This document shows, piece by piece, positions 38,460-47,719 of a stretch of 64,000 bases of DNA. The stretch covers positions 160,001-224,000 of the forward strand of contig JBKAGE010000034.1 of assembly GCA_046290225.1 (NCBI GenBank), read 5' to 3'. The stretch comes from Bradymonadia bacterium (GTDB taxonomy: Bacteria > Myxococcota_A > Bradymonadia > UBA7976 > UBA1532). Made by a program: the position numbers and the translations under genes. The notes beneath the pieces were generated by a model that did not search any database, had not been told where the DNA came from, and saw nothing but the letters and a program-made list of their open reading frames with translations. Numbering within the stretch: position 1 is the stretch's first letter; each line of letters starts with the position of its first letter.

Positions 38460-39514
38460 TCCGCATCACCGGCGGCGCCGCCCGAGGGCGACGACTCAAG
38501 GTCCTCGACACCGGCAAGGTCAGGCCCACCACCGACAAGGTCAGGCAGGCCCTCTTCAACGTGCTGTTCCACAGCCACGAGCGCGCTCCCATGGGACAAC
38601 GCGTGCTCGATCTGTTCGCCGGCTCCGGAGCCTTGGGCCTCGAGGCCCTCAGCCGTGGCGCCGAGTCGGTCACCCTCGTAGAAGGTGATCGTCGCGTGGC
38701 GCGGCAGCTGAGCGAGAACGCCGCCATCGTCGGTGAGGGGGCAGAGATCATCTGCAGCCCTGTCGCACGTTTTTTGAGTCAGCCCGGACCGATGGAAGAT
38801 CTGAAGTACGGGCTCGTCTTGATGGACCCCCCCTACGCCGCAGGGTTGGTGAACCCCACCCTCGAGGCCCTGGTGACGGGGGGCTGGCTCGCGCCGGGGG
38901 CCATCGTGTGCGTGGAGCACGGCCCTGATGGCGCCCCCCAGGTCTCGGCCCCCTTGCGTCCGATCTTCCATCGGCGGTACGGGGAGTGTGAGATCACCCT
39001 GTTGACCCTTGAGGAGCAGCCCATGCGCCGCGCCATCTACCCCGGCTCTTTCGACCCTGTCACCGTGGGGCACATCGACATCATCCGACGTGGCCTCCAG
39101 GTGGTGGACGAGGTGGTGGTCACCGTGGCCTGCAACATCAAGAAGACCCCCATGTTCTCCGACGAGGCCCGCATCGAGATGATCGAGATGGTCTTCGCCG
39201 ACGAGCCCCGGGTAAAGGTGGACGGCTTCCAGGGGTTGCTGGTGGACTACGCCACCGCCAACGACATCCCGCTGGTCCTCCGGGGCCTGCGCAGTGGCAT
39301 CGACTTCGAGTACGAGCAGCAGATGGCGTGCATGAATCGCCACCTCGCGGCGCAGACCGAGTACATCTTTTTGGTGGCAGATCCGACCCTCAGCTACGTC
39401 TCGTCGAGTCTGATCCGCGAGATCGCCCTCAACGGCGGTGACGTCACCGGCATGGTGCCCCCCCTGGTGGAGGCCCGCTTGAAGGCCGAAGTCCTGGCCC
39501 GCCAGAGTCAGTGA
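38456..39514 (+). CDS. rsmD: In-frame fusion of 16S rRNA m2G966 methyltransferase RsmD and phosphopantetheine adenylyltransferase CoaD
   Basis: RITGG...RPTTDKVRQALFN...LDLFAGSGALGLEALSRGA...DPPY continues without a stop into MRRAIYPGSFDP. Confidence 0.88.
   Translation: MIRITGGAARGRRLKVLDTGKVRPTTDKVRQALFNVLFHSHERAPMGQRVLDLFAGSGALGLEALSRGAESVTLVEGDRRVARQLSENAAIVGEGAEIICSPVARFLSQPGPMEDLKYGLVLMDPPYAAGLVNPTLEALVTGGWLAPGAIVCVEHGPDGAPQVSAPLRPIFHRRYGECEITLLTLEEQPMRRAIYPGSFDPVTVGHIDIIRRGLQVVDEVVVTVACNIKKTPMFSDEARIEMIEMVFADEPRVKVDGFQGLLVDYATANDIPLVLRGLRSGIDFEYEQQMACMNRHLAAQTEYIFLVADPTLSYVSSSLIREIALNGGDVTGMVPPLVEARLKAEVLARQSQ
39023..39514 (+). CDS. coaD: CoaD moiety with its own RBS and ATG
   Basis: GAGGAG-N6-ATG at 39023; YPGSFDPVTVGH, RGLR, DFEYE and SSSLIRE. 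Confidence 0.92.
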   Translation: MRRAIYPGSFDPVTVGHIDIIRRGLQVVDEVVVTVACNIKKTPMFSDEARIEMIEMVFADEPRVKVDGFQGLLVDYATANDIPLVLRGLRSGIDFEYEQQMACMNRHLAAQTEYIFLVADPTLSYVSSSLIREIALNGGDVTGMVPPLVEARLKAEVLARQSQ

Positions 39515-39545
39515 TCATCTGAACCCGCATGGAGCATCGAACCTC

Positions 39546-40097
39546 TTGAGCTTGAAGCGCACCATCTCCCCCCTGCCCCGATTCGCCCTGGCCCGGCTCG
39601 CCTTGTCGGTGTGCCTGCTGGCGCTATTCGGCGTAGGGTGTGTCGTGCCCTTGCCCGTGGAGGAAGAGGAGCCTGATCCCAACTTCCCGCCCTTCTACGA
39701 CCCTCTGGCGGTGGATCCGGGCTTCGATCAGGTGGTGAGCTTCGACCCGCAAGGGGCCGACGAGGCCACGCTGAACTTCAACGTGTCGGTGGTCGGTGAC
39801 TACAACACCGACGAGACGCTCTTCTGGCGCCTCTACCTCAACTACGATCCCCAGACCTTCCCCATCCGCATCAACGGTGACGAAGTCCGCCAGACAGGGA
39901 GCGTGTTCAGAGAGCCGATTCAGTTTTCCCTGGACTGCTCCAACTTCAGCCCCTTCCGAGAGGTGGATCTCCACCGTCTGGAGCTGGTGATCGGCGATCG
40001 GGCCTTCGAGGACTCGAACAGCCCCGCGCTCCTGGAAGGCGCCGAGCAGACCCGGGTGGTCTGGTTCATCGAGCTGGTGTCGGCGTGTCGTCTCTGA
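39546..40097 (+). CDS. Hypothetical lipoprotein
   Basis: Signal peptide with GVGC lipobox; same strand as and adjacent to the operon. Confidence 0.7.
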   Translation: MSLKRTISPLPRFALARLALSVCLLALFGVGCVVPLPVEEEEPDPNFPPFYDPLAVDPGFDQVVSFDPQGADEATLNFNVSVVGDYNTDETLFWRLYLNYDPQTFPIRINGDEVRQTGSVFREPIQFSLDCSNFSPFREVDLHRLELVIGDRAFEDSNSPALLEGAEQTRVVWFIELVSACRL

Positions 40098-41794
40098 GGC
40101 GATGGGGCCTGCTGGGCCTCACCGCTGCGGCGGCCGCTTTGCCCGCGTGCATCGAATTCGGGGAGATCAGCCGAGATCCGCTCAGGCCACCCACAGGGTG
40201 CAGCGGCATCGAGTCCTGCCCTCAGGGCCTGATCTGTGAGGCGGGGGCCTGCGTGGGCGGTGAGCCCCCGGAACGGGCCCTGGTCATTCGAGTGCGACCC
40301 CCGCGCAGCACCGGGCTCGGTGCGGTGGAGACCCGCACGCTCTTCACGGACCGGCCGATCCTCGCCCTCGCCGAGGTGGCCCTGCCTCAAACCATCGATC
40401 TCGAGGCGGAGCTGCTCTATCAGGGTGAGCCGATCCCCGCCCGGGCGGTGGCCCGACCTCAGGGCGTGGTGGATCCGGCGGCCTTCGAGGTCTCTGCTGA
40501 TCCCGTGGTCCAGGCCGACGGCCCCCGCACCCGCCTGCCCCTGGTGCCCTGGTGGCCCCGAGAGCCACAGTTCGCCCCAGGCGAGCAGCTGGGCATCCGC
40601 TACGACATCCAGTTCGTGCCCCAGCTGTCTCCCCCGGACGATCTGCCGCCCTGGACGGTGCTGGACGAGTCGGTGAACGGCCTCGCTGACGACGCGGCCC
40701 TGCGCTCGTTCTCTCTGCCCGGCCCCGAGGGCCTGGTCACCCTGGACGGGCGGCTTACGCTGAGCCCTGAACAGCCTACCCCTCTCCAGGGCGTGCCCAT
40801 CTTCGCGCAAGACGCCGCTGGCAGGCGGGTGAGCACAGAAGCCGAGACGGATGAGGAGGGCCGCTTCTCGCTGCGCTTCTGGCGCCCCACGCGAGAGACC
40901 GAGTACACCCTGCGCGTCCGCCCGGCCCGCCCCGATCGACCGCTCCCAGAGCTTCAAGTGCCCGTCCGCGTCCTCCTGGAGGGCGAGTTGGAGTTCCTCG
41001 ACGTATTTCTGGGCAATGTAGGCACTCTGGTGAACTTCACCGGCAGGCTCGACGGCTCCTTCGGCGACGTAGAAGAGCCCGTCGTGGGCGCCTCGCTCCG
41101 CTTCGTGGGCCAGGTGAGCGGCGGTCGCTACGAGACCTGGGCCCTCTCGGGCATGGACGGCGCCTTCAATGTGCAGCTGTTCCCGGGCACCTATCAGGTA
41201 GGCCTCGATCCTCCCCTGAGCGGCGACTTCCGCCACACGCGGACCCGACTGGACGTCGAGCCGATGGCCCCCGGGGATCCCACCGATGCCCTCAGCTTCA
41301 CCGTGCGCCCCCGCAGCCGGGTCTTCGGCCAGCTGATGGCCCCGGACGGCTCCCCCCTGGCCGAGGGCCGCGTAGTGGCCACCCTCGTCGAGGCGGCCTC
41401 GGGAGACCCCTCTCTTCAGACCACCGACTTCGCCCCACCCATCCGCACGGTCTCGGCCCTCGCCGATGACGCCGGGCGCTTCGAGCTGTTCCTCGATCCG
41501 GGCACGCACAGCCTGGCCATCGAGCCCCCGCTCGGCCGAGGGCTGCCCAGCTTCGTCACCACCACCCAGGTGCCGGTGGAGCAAACGACGGGCCTCGATC
41601 TGCGTACGCTGTCAGTGCCCCCGGCGGCCTCTCTCTCCATCGAGCTGGTGGATCAAGAGATGGCGCCGGTGGAGAACGCCGTCGTAGAGGTCTGGTGGGA
41701 AGACGAATCAGGTCGAATCGACGCCGGGCAAGGCAGCTCCGACGCTTCGGGGCAGGTGTTCTTGAGCCTACCCAACCCCTCGGGGATGCCTTGA
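40085..41794 (+). CDS. Lipoprotein with repeated carboxypeptidase-regulatory-like (beta-sandwich) domains
   Basis: LPAC lipobox and short Cys knot; repeated TDEEGRF / DGAFNVQLFPGTY / DDAGRFELFLDPG / SDASGQV units. Confidence 0.72.
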   Translation: MSSLRRWGLLGLTAAAAALPACIEFGEISRDPLRPPTGCSGIESCPQGLICEAGACVGGEPPERALVIRVRPPRSTGLGAVETRTLFTDRPILALAEVALPQTIDLEAELLYQGEPIPARAVARPQGVVDPAAFEVSADPVVQADGPRTRLPLVPWWPREPQFAPGEQLGIRYDIQFVPQLSPPDDLPPWTVLDESVNGLADDAALRSFSLPGPEGLVTLDGRLTLSPEQPTPLQGVPIFAQDAAGRRVSTEAETDEEGRFSLRFWRPTRETEYTLRVRPARPDRPLPELQVPVRVLLEGELEFLDVFLGNVGTLVNFTGRLDGSFGDVEEPVVGASLRFVGQVSGGRYETWALSGMDGAFNVQLFPGTYQVGLDPPLSGDFRHTRTRLDVEPMAPGDPTDALSFTVRPRSRVFGQLMAPDGSPLAEGRVVATLVEAASGDPSLQTTDFAPPIRTVSALADDAGRFELFLDPGTHSLAIEPPLGRGLPSFVTTTQVPVEQTTGLDLRTLSVPPAASLSIELVDQEMAPVENAVVEVWWEDESGRIDAGQGSSDASGQVFLSLPNPSGMP

Positions 41795-42200
41795 GAGCGG
41801 ACGGCCGCCCTTCGGGCCGCCTGTAGCGGACGACCCAGCAAAAGCTTTCGCTTCGCTGCGTCTGTAGCGGACGCCTGCTGCGGCTTCGCCTTGCAAAGCT
41901 GTAGCGGACGCCGAGTCTGCCTCCGGCAGCCTGAGCTGTAGCTTTCTAAGAGAGTTGGGTGGGAGTTTTGGGCTTCTCAACCCAGGTAGGGGCTTACGCC
42001 GGAGCTGGTCCGCCAGGAGACAATGGCATTCGCGGTAGACGAGCCAACGCCCCCCAACTGATCTTCAAATAGCTACAGGGAATTTGCCGTAGGCAAATGA
42101 GCGTCCGCTACAGCTCTCGCCAAAGGCGAGGCGTCCGCTACAGGCGCAGCGCAGCTGGGCCGTCCGCTACAGGCGGTGCCAAAGGCACGGCCGTCCGCTC
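41795..42200. repeat. Compound inverted-repeat element (REP/REPIN- or MITE-like) between convergent genes
   Basis: CTGTAGCGGACG at 41821, 41862 and 41899; its complement CGTCCGCTACAG at 42102, 42132 and 42161; terminal IR GAGCGGACGGCC / GGCCGTCCGCTC; eight interspersed hairpins. Confidence 0.93.
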
Positions 42201-43341
42201 AAGCAGCCTCGAGCAGCGCAGCGGCGCCCATGCCGCCACCGATGCACATCGACACCACAGCGAACCGGCCGCCGCGACGACGCAGCTCGTAGAGCGCGGT
42301 GAGAGCCAGGCGGGTACCCGACACGCCGAGGGGGTGACCCAGGGCGATGGCGCCGCCGTTCACGTTGAGCTTCTCGTCGGGTACACCGAGCTGCGTGGCG
42401 CAGTACACCGACTGGCTGGCGAAGGCCTCGTTGATCTCGAAGAGATCGATGTCGCCCACGGTCTTGCCGGTCTTGGCGAGCAGCTTCTCGATGGCGGGGT
42501 AAGGACCGATGCCCATGATGGCGGGATCCACACCCACCACCACGAAGCGACGGAAGTAGCCGAGGATCGGGCGATCACCGGCGGACTCCTTGGTGCCCAC
42601 CACGACAGCGGCGGCGCCGTCGGTGAGGGGGCTGGCGTTGCCTGCGGTGACCGAGCCCTTGGGATCGAAGGCCGGGCGCAGCTTGCCGAGGCCCTCGAGG
42701 GTGGTGCCGGGGCGGATCAGTTCGTCGTGCTCCACAGTGACAGCGTGGCCGTCCACAGCGGTGTTCACGGCGACGATCTCCTCAGCGAGGCGGCCGGCCT
42801 CACGGGCAGCGACGGCCTTCTGCTGGCTCGACAGGGCGAAGGCGTCCTGGGCTGCGCGGCTGATCTCGAAGCGCCTGGCGACGTTCTCAGCGGTGGTGCC
42901 CATGGCGATGTAGGCCTCGGGGTACTCGAGGGCCAGCTTGGGGTGCAGCTGAGGGTGAAAGCCACCCATGGGCACCGAGGTCATCGACTCCACACCACCG
43001 GCGATGGCGAGATCGGTCTCGCCGATGGCCACGCGGCTGGCCACGTTGGCGATGGTCTGCAGGCCGGAAGCGCAGAAGCGGTTCACGGTGTAGGCGGGCA
43101 CCTCGTCGGGCAGGCCGGCGAGGAAGCCGATGTTCCGGGCCACGTTGAGGCCCTGGGAGCCTTCGGGCATGGCACAGCCAAGGGCCATGTCCTCGATGGC
43201 GGCGGGGTCCACCCCTGCCCGCTCGATGGCGGCCTTCACCGCGATGGCACCGAGATCCTCAGGACGGGTCTGGCGCAGGTTGCCCTTGTGGGCGCGGCCG
43301 AAGGGGGTACGGGCCCCCCCGATGATGGCGACGTCACGCAT
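42199..43341 (-). CDS. fadA: Acetyl-CoA C-acyltransferase (thiolase)
   Basis: NRFCASG, NEAFA, GHPLG and CIGGGMG. Confidence 0.95.
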   Translation of the reverse strand: MRDVAIIGGARTPFGRAHKGNLRQTRPEDLGAIAVKAAIERAGVDPAAIEDMALGCAMPEGSQGLNVARNIGFLAGLPDEVPAYTVNRFCASGLQTIANVASRVAIGETDLAIAGGVESMTSVPMGGFHPQLHPKLALEYPEAYIAMGTTAENVARRFEISRAAQDAFALSSQQKAVAAREAGRLAEEIVAVNTAVDGHAVTVEHDELIRPGTTLEGLGKLRPAFDPKGSVTAGNASPLTDGAAAVVVGTKESAGDRPILGYFRRFVVVGVDPAIMGIGPYPAIEKLLAKTGKTVGDIDLFEINEAFASQSVYCATQLGVPDEKLNVNGGAIALGHPLGVSGTRLALTALYELRRRGGRFAVVSMCIGGGMGAAALLEAA

Positions 43342-43365
43342 TGTCGTTCCTCCGTATCTCTGGGA

Positions 43366-45777
43366 TCAGTTCCGCAGGGGCTTGTTGTTCATGAGCATGT
43401 GCTGGATCCGGGCCTGGGTCTTCTCCTCGCCACACAGCGAGAGGAAGGCCTCGACCTCGAGGTCCTGCATCTGCTGCTCGGTGACCCGGGTGCCAGCGAC
43501 GACGTCGCCGCCGGTGAGGATGTAGGCCAGCTTGGTGAGCACCTTGAGATCGTGCTCCGAAGCGAAGTTGGACTGGTTCATCCCCCACAGGGCGGAGTAC
43601 AGGGTAGCGTAGCCCGTGCGGCCGGCCACCTTGAGGGACCGGGGCTTCGGGGCCTTGAAGTCCGAACGGGCCATGCCCAGGGCGCGCTGCTTGGCGCCCT
43701 CGAGCAGCTCGTCGCGATCCATGGTCACCCGGTCGTCGTTGCGCAGGAAGCCCAGCTTGCGGGCTTCTTCGGCGCTGGTGCTGAACTTGGCCATGCCGAT
43801 GGTGAGGGCGGCCTCCCGGACGAAGGTCACGGGATCAGCATCCTTCGGGGCGTTCTCGGAGATGTTGTGCAGCAGCGCGAAGCAGCCACCACCGCCGGGG
43901 ATGAGGCCCACGCCCACCTCTACGAGGCCCATGAAGAGCTCCGGGTGAGCCTGGATGGCGTTGGCGCCGAAGCACACCTCAGCGCCGCCGCCGAAGGTGT
44001 AATCGTAAGGCGCGGCCACGACGGGGATGCTGCTGTGACGCAGCTTGTTGTTGGCGCTCTGGAACCCGCGGATCATCTTCTCGATGTCGTCCCAGGCCTG
44101 CTGTCCGATGCCCATCATCACGCTGAGCAGATCGGCGCCGGCGCTGAAGCAGCCCTGGCCGAACTGACCCTCGCCGGGGTTGCCGTGGTTCCCGACGATC
44201 AGCGCGTCGAACTTCTCCTCGGCGATCTCCACGGCCTCGTGCATCATCTCGATGATATCGGCGCTCACCGAGTTCATCTTGGTGCGGAACTCGAGGCAGG
44301 CCACGCCGTCGCCGATGTCCCAGAGCCGGGCGCCGTGGTTCTTCGCCACGAGGCTGGGATCAGTGATGCTGCTGGGGAGCCGTAACATACGGGGGCTCAC
44401 CTGCTCCGTGGCGGAGCTGTTGTTCTTGGCGTCCCAGAAGTTCCGCTCGCCGAGGGGGCCCTCGTAGAACGAGGTCCGCTTGTTGCCGAGCATCTCCTTC
44501 ACCCAGCCGGGTACGGTGTAGCCGTCGGCCTCCATGCGATCGACCGTCTCCTGCACGCCGAGGGCGTCCCAGGTCTCGAAGGGACCGAGATCGTGACCGA
44601 AGCCCCACTTCAGGCCGTTGTCGATCTGCACCAGATCGTCAGAGACCTCGCCGAGGCGGTTGGCGGCGTAGATGAGGGTCTGGGCCACGCAATCCCAGGC
44701 GAACTTCGCGGCGTCGTCGTCACCGGCGAGGAGCGCCTTGATGCGCTCGCCGGACTCTTCCTTGCCCTTGGCCGCCTTGATCGAGTCGGCGCGGATCTTG
44801 AGCTTCTCGCGGTACTCGAGGGTGTAGGGGTCGAAGGTGTAGGTCACCTTGGTGGCCCGATCCCGCTTGTAGAAGCCCTGCTTGCTCTTGGCGCCGAGCC
44901 AGCCCTTGTCGAGCAGGGTCTGGAGCACGTTGGGCACCTTGAAGTAATCCCGCATGGGGTCTTCGGGCAGGTTGTTGTAGAGATCGGTGGTGACGAAGGA
45001 CAACGTGTCGAGGCCCACCACGTCGCCGGTGCGGAACAGCGCCGACTTGGGGCGGCCGGCGGCCTTGCCGAAGATGGCGTCCACGAACTCCGGGGACTGC
45101 TCCGCCTCGATCATCTTGTGCATGGTGTACATCATGCTGAAGGTGCCGATGCGGTTGGCGATGAAGGCCGGCGAGTCCTTGGCGATGACCACGCCCTTGC
45201 CCAGGGTCTGCCGGGCGAAGACGGTGAAGCGGGGCTTCAGGGTCGGATCAGTCTCCGGACCATCCACGACCTCAAGCAGGCGCATGTAGCGCACCGGGTT
45301 GAAGAAGTGGGTGATGATGAAGTTCTGCTTGAAGTTGTCAGAGCGGCCTTCGATCAGCTGCGCCAGGGGCAGGCCCGAGGTGTTGGAGCTGATGAGGGTG
45401 CCGGGGCTCACGATGGCGTCGAGCTTCTCGAAGAGGGCGTGCTTGATGGCCAGGTCTTCCTTGACCACCTCCACCACCCAATCCACCTCGGCGACTTTGT
45501 GGAGATCGTCGTCGAAGTTGCCCACAGTGATCATGTCGGCGTCGGCCTTGTTGTAGAACAAGGCAGGCTTGTTCTTGAGCGCCGCCTGGAGGCCCCCCGC
45601 TGCGAACTTGTTCCGCACTGCTTTGTCATCGCTCTTTTCCTCGCCAGGAGGCACGATGTCGAGCATAAGAACTTCGATGCCGCAGCCGGCGAGGTGCGCG
45701 GCGATGCCACGGCCCATCACACCGGCGCCCAGCACCGCGGCGCTGCGGATTTTGAGGCCCTTGTTCACGGCGTTCAT
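43366..45777 (-). CDS. fadN: 3-hydroxyacyl-CoA dehydrogenase / enoyl-CoA hydratase (FadN-type)
   Basis: GAGVMG, SSNTSG, HFFNPVRYM, FIANRIG, FSAGADL, GLVEVGVGLIPGGGG and C-terminal KPLRN. Confidence 0.92.
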   Translation of the reverse strand: MNAVNKGLKIRSAAVLGAGVMGRGIAAHLAGCGIEVLMLDIVPPGEEKSDDKAVRNKFAAGGLQAALKNKPALFYNKADADMITVGNFDDDLHKVAEVDWVVEVVKEDLAIKHALFEKLDAIVSPGTLISSNTSGLPLAQLIEGRSDNFKQNFIITHFFNPVRYMRLLEVVDGPETDPTLKPRFTVFARQTLGKGVVIAKDSPAFIANRIGTFSMMYTMHKMIEAEQSPEFVDAIFGKAAGRPKSALFRTGDVVGLDTLSFVTTDLYNNLPEDPMRDYFKVPNVLQTLLDKGWLGAKSKQGFYKRDRATKVTYTFDPYTLEYREKLKIRADSIKAAKGKEESGERIKALLAGDDDAAKFAWDCVAQTLIYAANRLGEVSDDLVQIDNGLKWGFGHDLGPFETWDALGVQETVDRMEADGYTVPGWVKEMLGNKRTSFYEGPLGERNFWDAKNNSSATEQVSPRMLRLPSSITDPSLVAKNHGARLWDIGDGVACLEFRTKMNSVSADIIEMMHEAVEIAEEKFDALIVGNHGNPGEGQFGQGCFSAGADLLSVMMGIGQQAWDDIEKMIRGFQSANNKLRHSSIPVVAAPYDYTFGGGAEVCFGANAIQAHPELFMGLVEVGVGLIPGGGGCFALLHNISENAPKDADPVTFVREAALTIGMAKFSTSAEEARKLGFLRNDDRVTMDRDELLEGAKQRALGMARSDFKAPKPRSLKVAGRTGYATLYSALWGMNQSNFASEHDLKVLTKLAYILTGGDVVAGTRVTEQQMQDLEVEAFLSLCGEEKTQARIQHMLMNNKPLRN

Positions 45778-45822
45778 GAACAACCCTTTCGTCAAGCATC
45801 TGGACCCGTTGAAAATTCGGGT

Positions 45823-45840
45823 CTGTGAGTGAGTTCACAG
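45823..45840. promoter_or_regulatory. Palindromic operator CTGTGA-N6-TCACAG in the divergent fadN / CAP-protein intergenic region
   Basis: ctgtgagtgagttcacag matches the CRP-family TGTGA-N6-TCACA core. Confidence 0.55.
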
Positions 45841-45968
45841 TGTAAAGAACTGAGGAGGTCTGCATGTCTACCCGACCGTCACCGGCAGCGCAATCGCCGC
45901 AACGCCTCGAAGCTGTGGTGCGATTGACCGGCGACACCAGGGGCACCTCTCGCCCTGGCGGAGGAGTG

Positions 45969-47642
45969 ATGCACGGGGCTCTGAGCAGGATGCAGGGCGT
46001 CGCGCTCGGCACCACACTCAGGCTGGGCGTCGCCGCCCTGCTCGGCGGGCTCCTCTGCGGGTGTGGTGGCGGCGTCAAGCGCCCTACACCCGAGACGACG
46101 AACCAGAGCGACGGCGCGCCGACGAAGGCAAAGATTAAGCTGCCTGGTGCGGGTGAATTCTTCACTGCAGGGCGCACGACCTACTCGGGGGCCGACGCCC
46201 TAGGTGAGCTCGCCGCCGAGCAATCGGTGGTCAACGCCCTGGGCCAGACCCTGAGGCCACCGCCGGCGCTGAGCTGCGCCGCCCGTGAGTACGCCGCCCG
46301 CTTCGCCGCCGATCAACGCCCGCCGAGATCTGCAGTGGTCAAAGCCCTCTCGGCCCACTGCGGCCTCTGGGCGAACCCGGCGTTCAGCCACGCCGTCACG
46401 GGGCAGGATGCCACGCTCGTGGTGGACCACCTGAAGAAGGTCATCGAAGCCAAATCGCTGCAAGGGGTCGGCGTCGGGGTCGTGGACGGTCCAGCAGAAG
46501 GGCAGGTCACCGCGGCGATCCTGGCGCTGCCGGGCGATCTGCGCATCGAGCAGGTGCCGCGGCAGATCAACGTGGGCCAGCAGATCGAGGTGAAGGGGCG
46601 GCTGTTCCGGGGTGCGGGGCCGCTCCTGGCGCTGGCAGGGCCCATGGAGGGTGGCGCAGGCGCCATCACGGAGATCCCCGTCACGGTGAGCAATGATGGT
46701 GCATTCGAGCTGTCCTGGAAGATCCCGGAAGGCGCCTTCGCCAAACAGCCCTATGTGGACGTCGAGCTGCTCCGCCAGCAGGGTAAGTTCCTCAACCCCG
46801 TAGGCATCTTGAGGCTCAGGGCGCAACCTGAGGCTGGCTACTCAGCAGAGGTCAACGCCAGCGCGGAAGGCGCCGTCGACCCCGGCAAGTTCAGGGCGCA
46901 GTTCATCGAAGCTCTCAACACCCGCCGACGCTCGAAGGGGCTCGGGCCCCTCGCCGACGAAGGGCACCTCGCCCCGCTGCTCGATGACTGGCTTGCTCGT
47001 CTCGGTGCGGGTCAGGACACGCTCGATCCGCCCCAGGTGACCGACAACACGGGGCAGCCATTCTCCAAGGTGCAGTTCACCTTCGCCTCGGGAGGCACGG
47101 GGGCAGAGGCGTTGTCACTGCTGATCGATCGACCTCATGGTCAGCGGGCGCTCCTCGGCGCAGGCGATCATGCCCTCGCCGTGGGTGTACGTCCGTACCC
47201 TGGCGGTGGTGGTGCGGATGCCGTCGTACTCACGCTCACCCGGTTCACCGCCGAGGGTATCCCCGCCGCCCGCGGCAAGCTCATGGAGCGTCTCAACGCC
47301 GATCGAGTCGCTCGGGGTGTGAAGGCGCTCACGGCGAACCAGGGGCTGCAGGATGCAGCGCAGTCCATCGCAGAGGGTGTGCTCTCCGGCCAGGTGAAGT
47401 GGCCCACCGTCATCGACGTGGTCATGCAGAAAGCGGGTCCTGCGGGGGCCTCCGGGGCTGTAGGCGCCGGCGCCTTCACGCTCGATAACTCCGCCGCAGG
47501 TCACTTCCTGCAGGAGCCCAACGCCATGGCGCCTCAGGTGGCCCACGTCGGCATCGGGGTCGCCTCGGGCCCCTTGCCCGGCGGCGGCCCGCCCAAGCTC
47601 GTGGTGATCTACATCGTGAGCGAGGCCATCGCCGAGCGTTGA
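45969..47642 (+). CDS. Lipoprotein with degenerate CAP (SCP-like) domains
   Basis: LCGC lipobox; LNTRRRSKGLGPL and LNADRVARGVKAL...HVGIGVA patterns. Start uncertain (45969 or 45990). Confidence 0.65.
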   Translation: MHGALSRMQGVALGTTLRLGVAALLGGLLCGCGGGVKRPTPETTNQSDGAPTKAKIKLPGAGEFFTAGRTTYSGADALGELAAEQSVVNALGQTLRPPPALSCAAREYAARFAADQRPPRSAVVKALSAHCGLWANPAFSHAVTGQDATLVVDHLKKVIEAKSLQGVGVGVVDGPAEGQVTAAILALPGDLRIEQVPRQINVGQQIEVKGRLFRGAGPLLALAGPMEGGAGAITEIPVTVSNDGAFELSWKIPEGAFAKQPYVDVELLRQQGKFLNPVGILRLRAQPEAGYSAEVNASAEGAVDPGKFRAQFIEALNTRRRSKGLGPLADEGHLAPLLDDWLARLGAGQDTLDPPQVTDNTGQPFSKVQFTFASGGTGAEALSLLIDRPHGQRALLGAGDHALAVGVRPYPGGGGADAVVLTLTRFTAEGIPAARGKLMERLNADRVARGVKALTANQGLQDAAQSIAEGVLSGQVKWPTVIDVVMQKAGPAGASGAVGAGAFTLDNSAAGHFLQEPNAMAPQVAHVGIGVASGPLPGGGPPKLVVIYIVSEAIAER

Positions 47643-47684
47643 GCCTTGGGACAGCGCCTCGGCTCCTTCTAGGCCAGCACGCGC

Positions 47685-47713
47685 TTGACAAATCGAGTCC
47701 CCACCCGTACCTT
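47685..47713 (+). promoter_or_regulatory. Sigma70-type promoter TTGACA-N17-TACCTT
   Basis: Perfect -35 at 47685-47690, 17-bp spacer, and -10-like TACCTT at 47708-47713. Confidence 0.7.
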
Positions 47714-47719
47714 TCGCCC

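Noticed and set aside
41795..42200. CRISPR array interpretation of the repeat/spacer pattern
   Set aside because: Repeats are only 12 bp, spacers are short self-complementary hairpins, the two halves are inverted, and no cas genes are present.
42097..44385. Long antisense ORFs (this 762-aa one, and 57499-59631, 59664-62006, 49565-51565 and similar)
   Set aside because: High-GC codon bias leaves few stops on the opposite strand, and the real genes with clear motifs are on the other strand.
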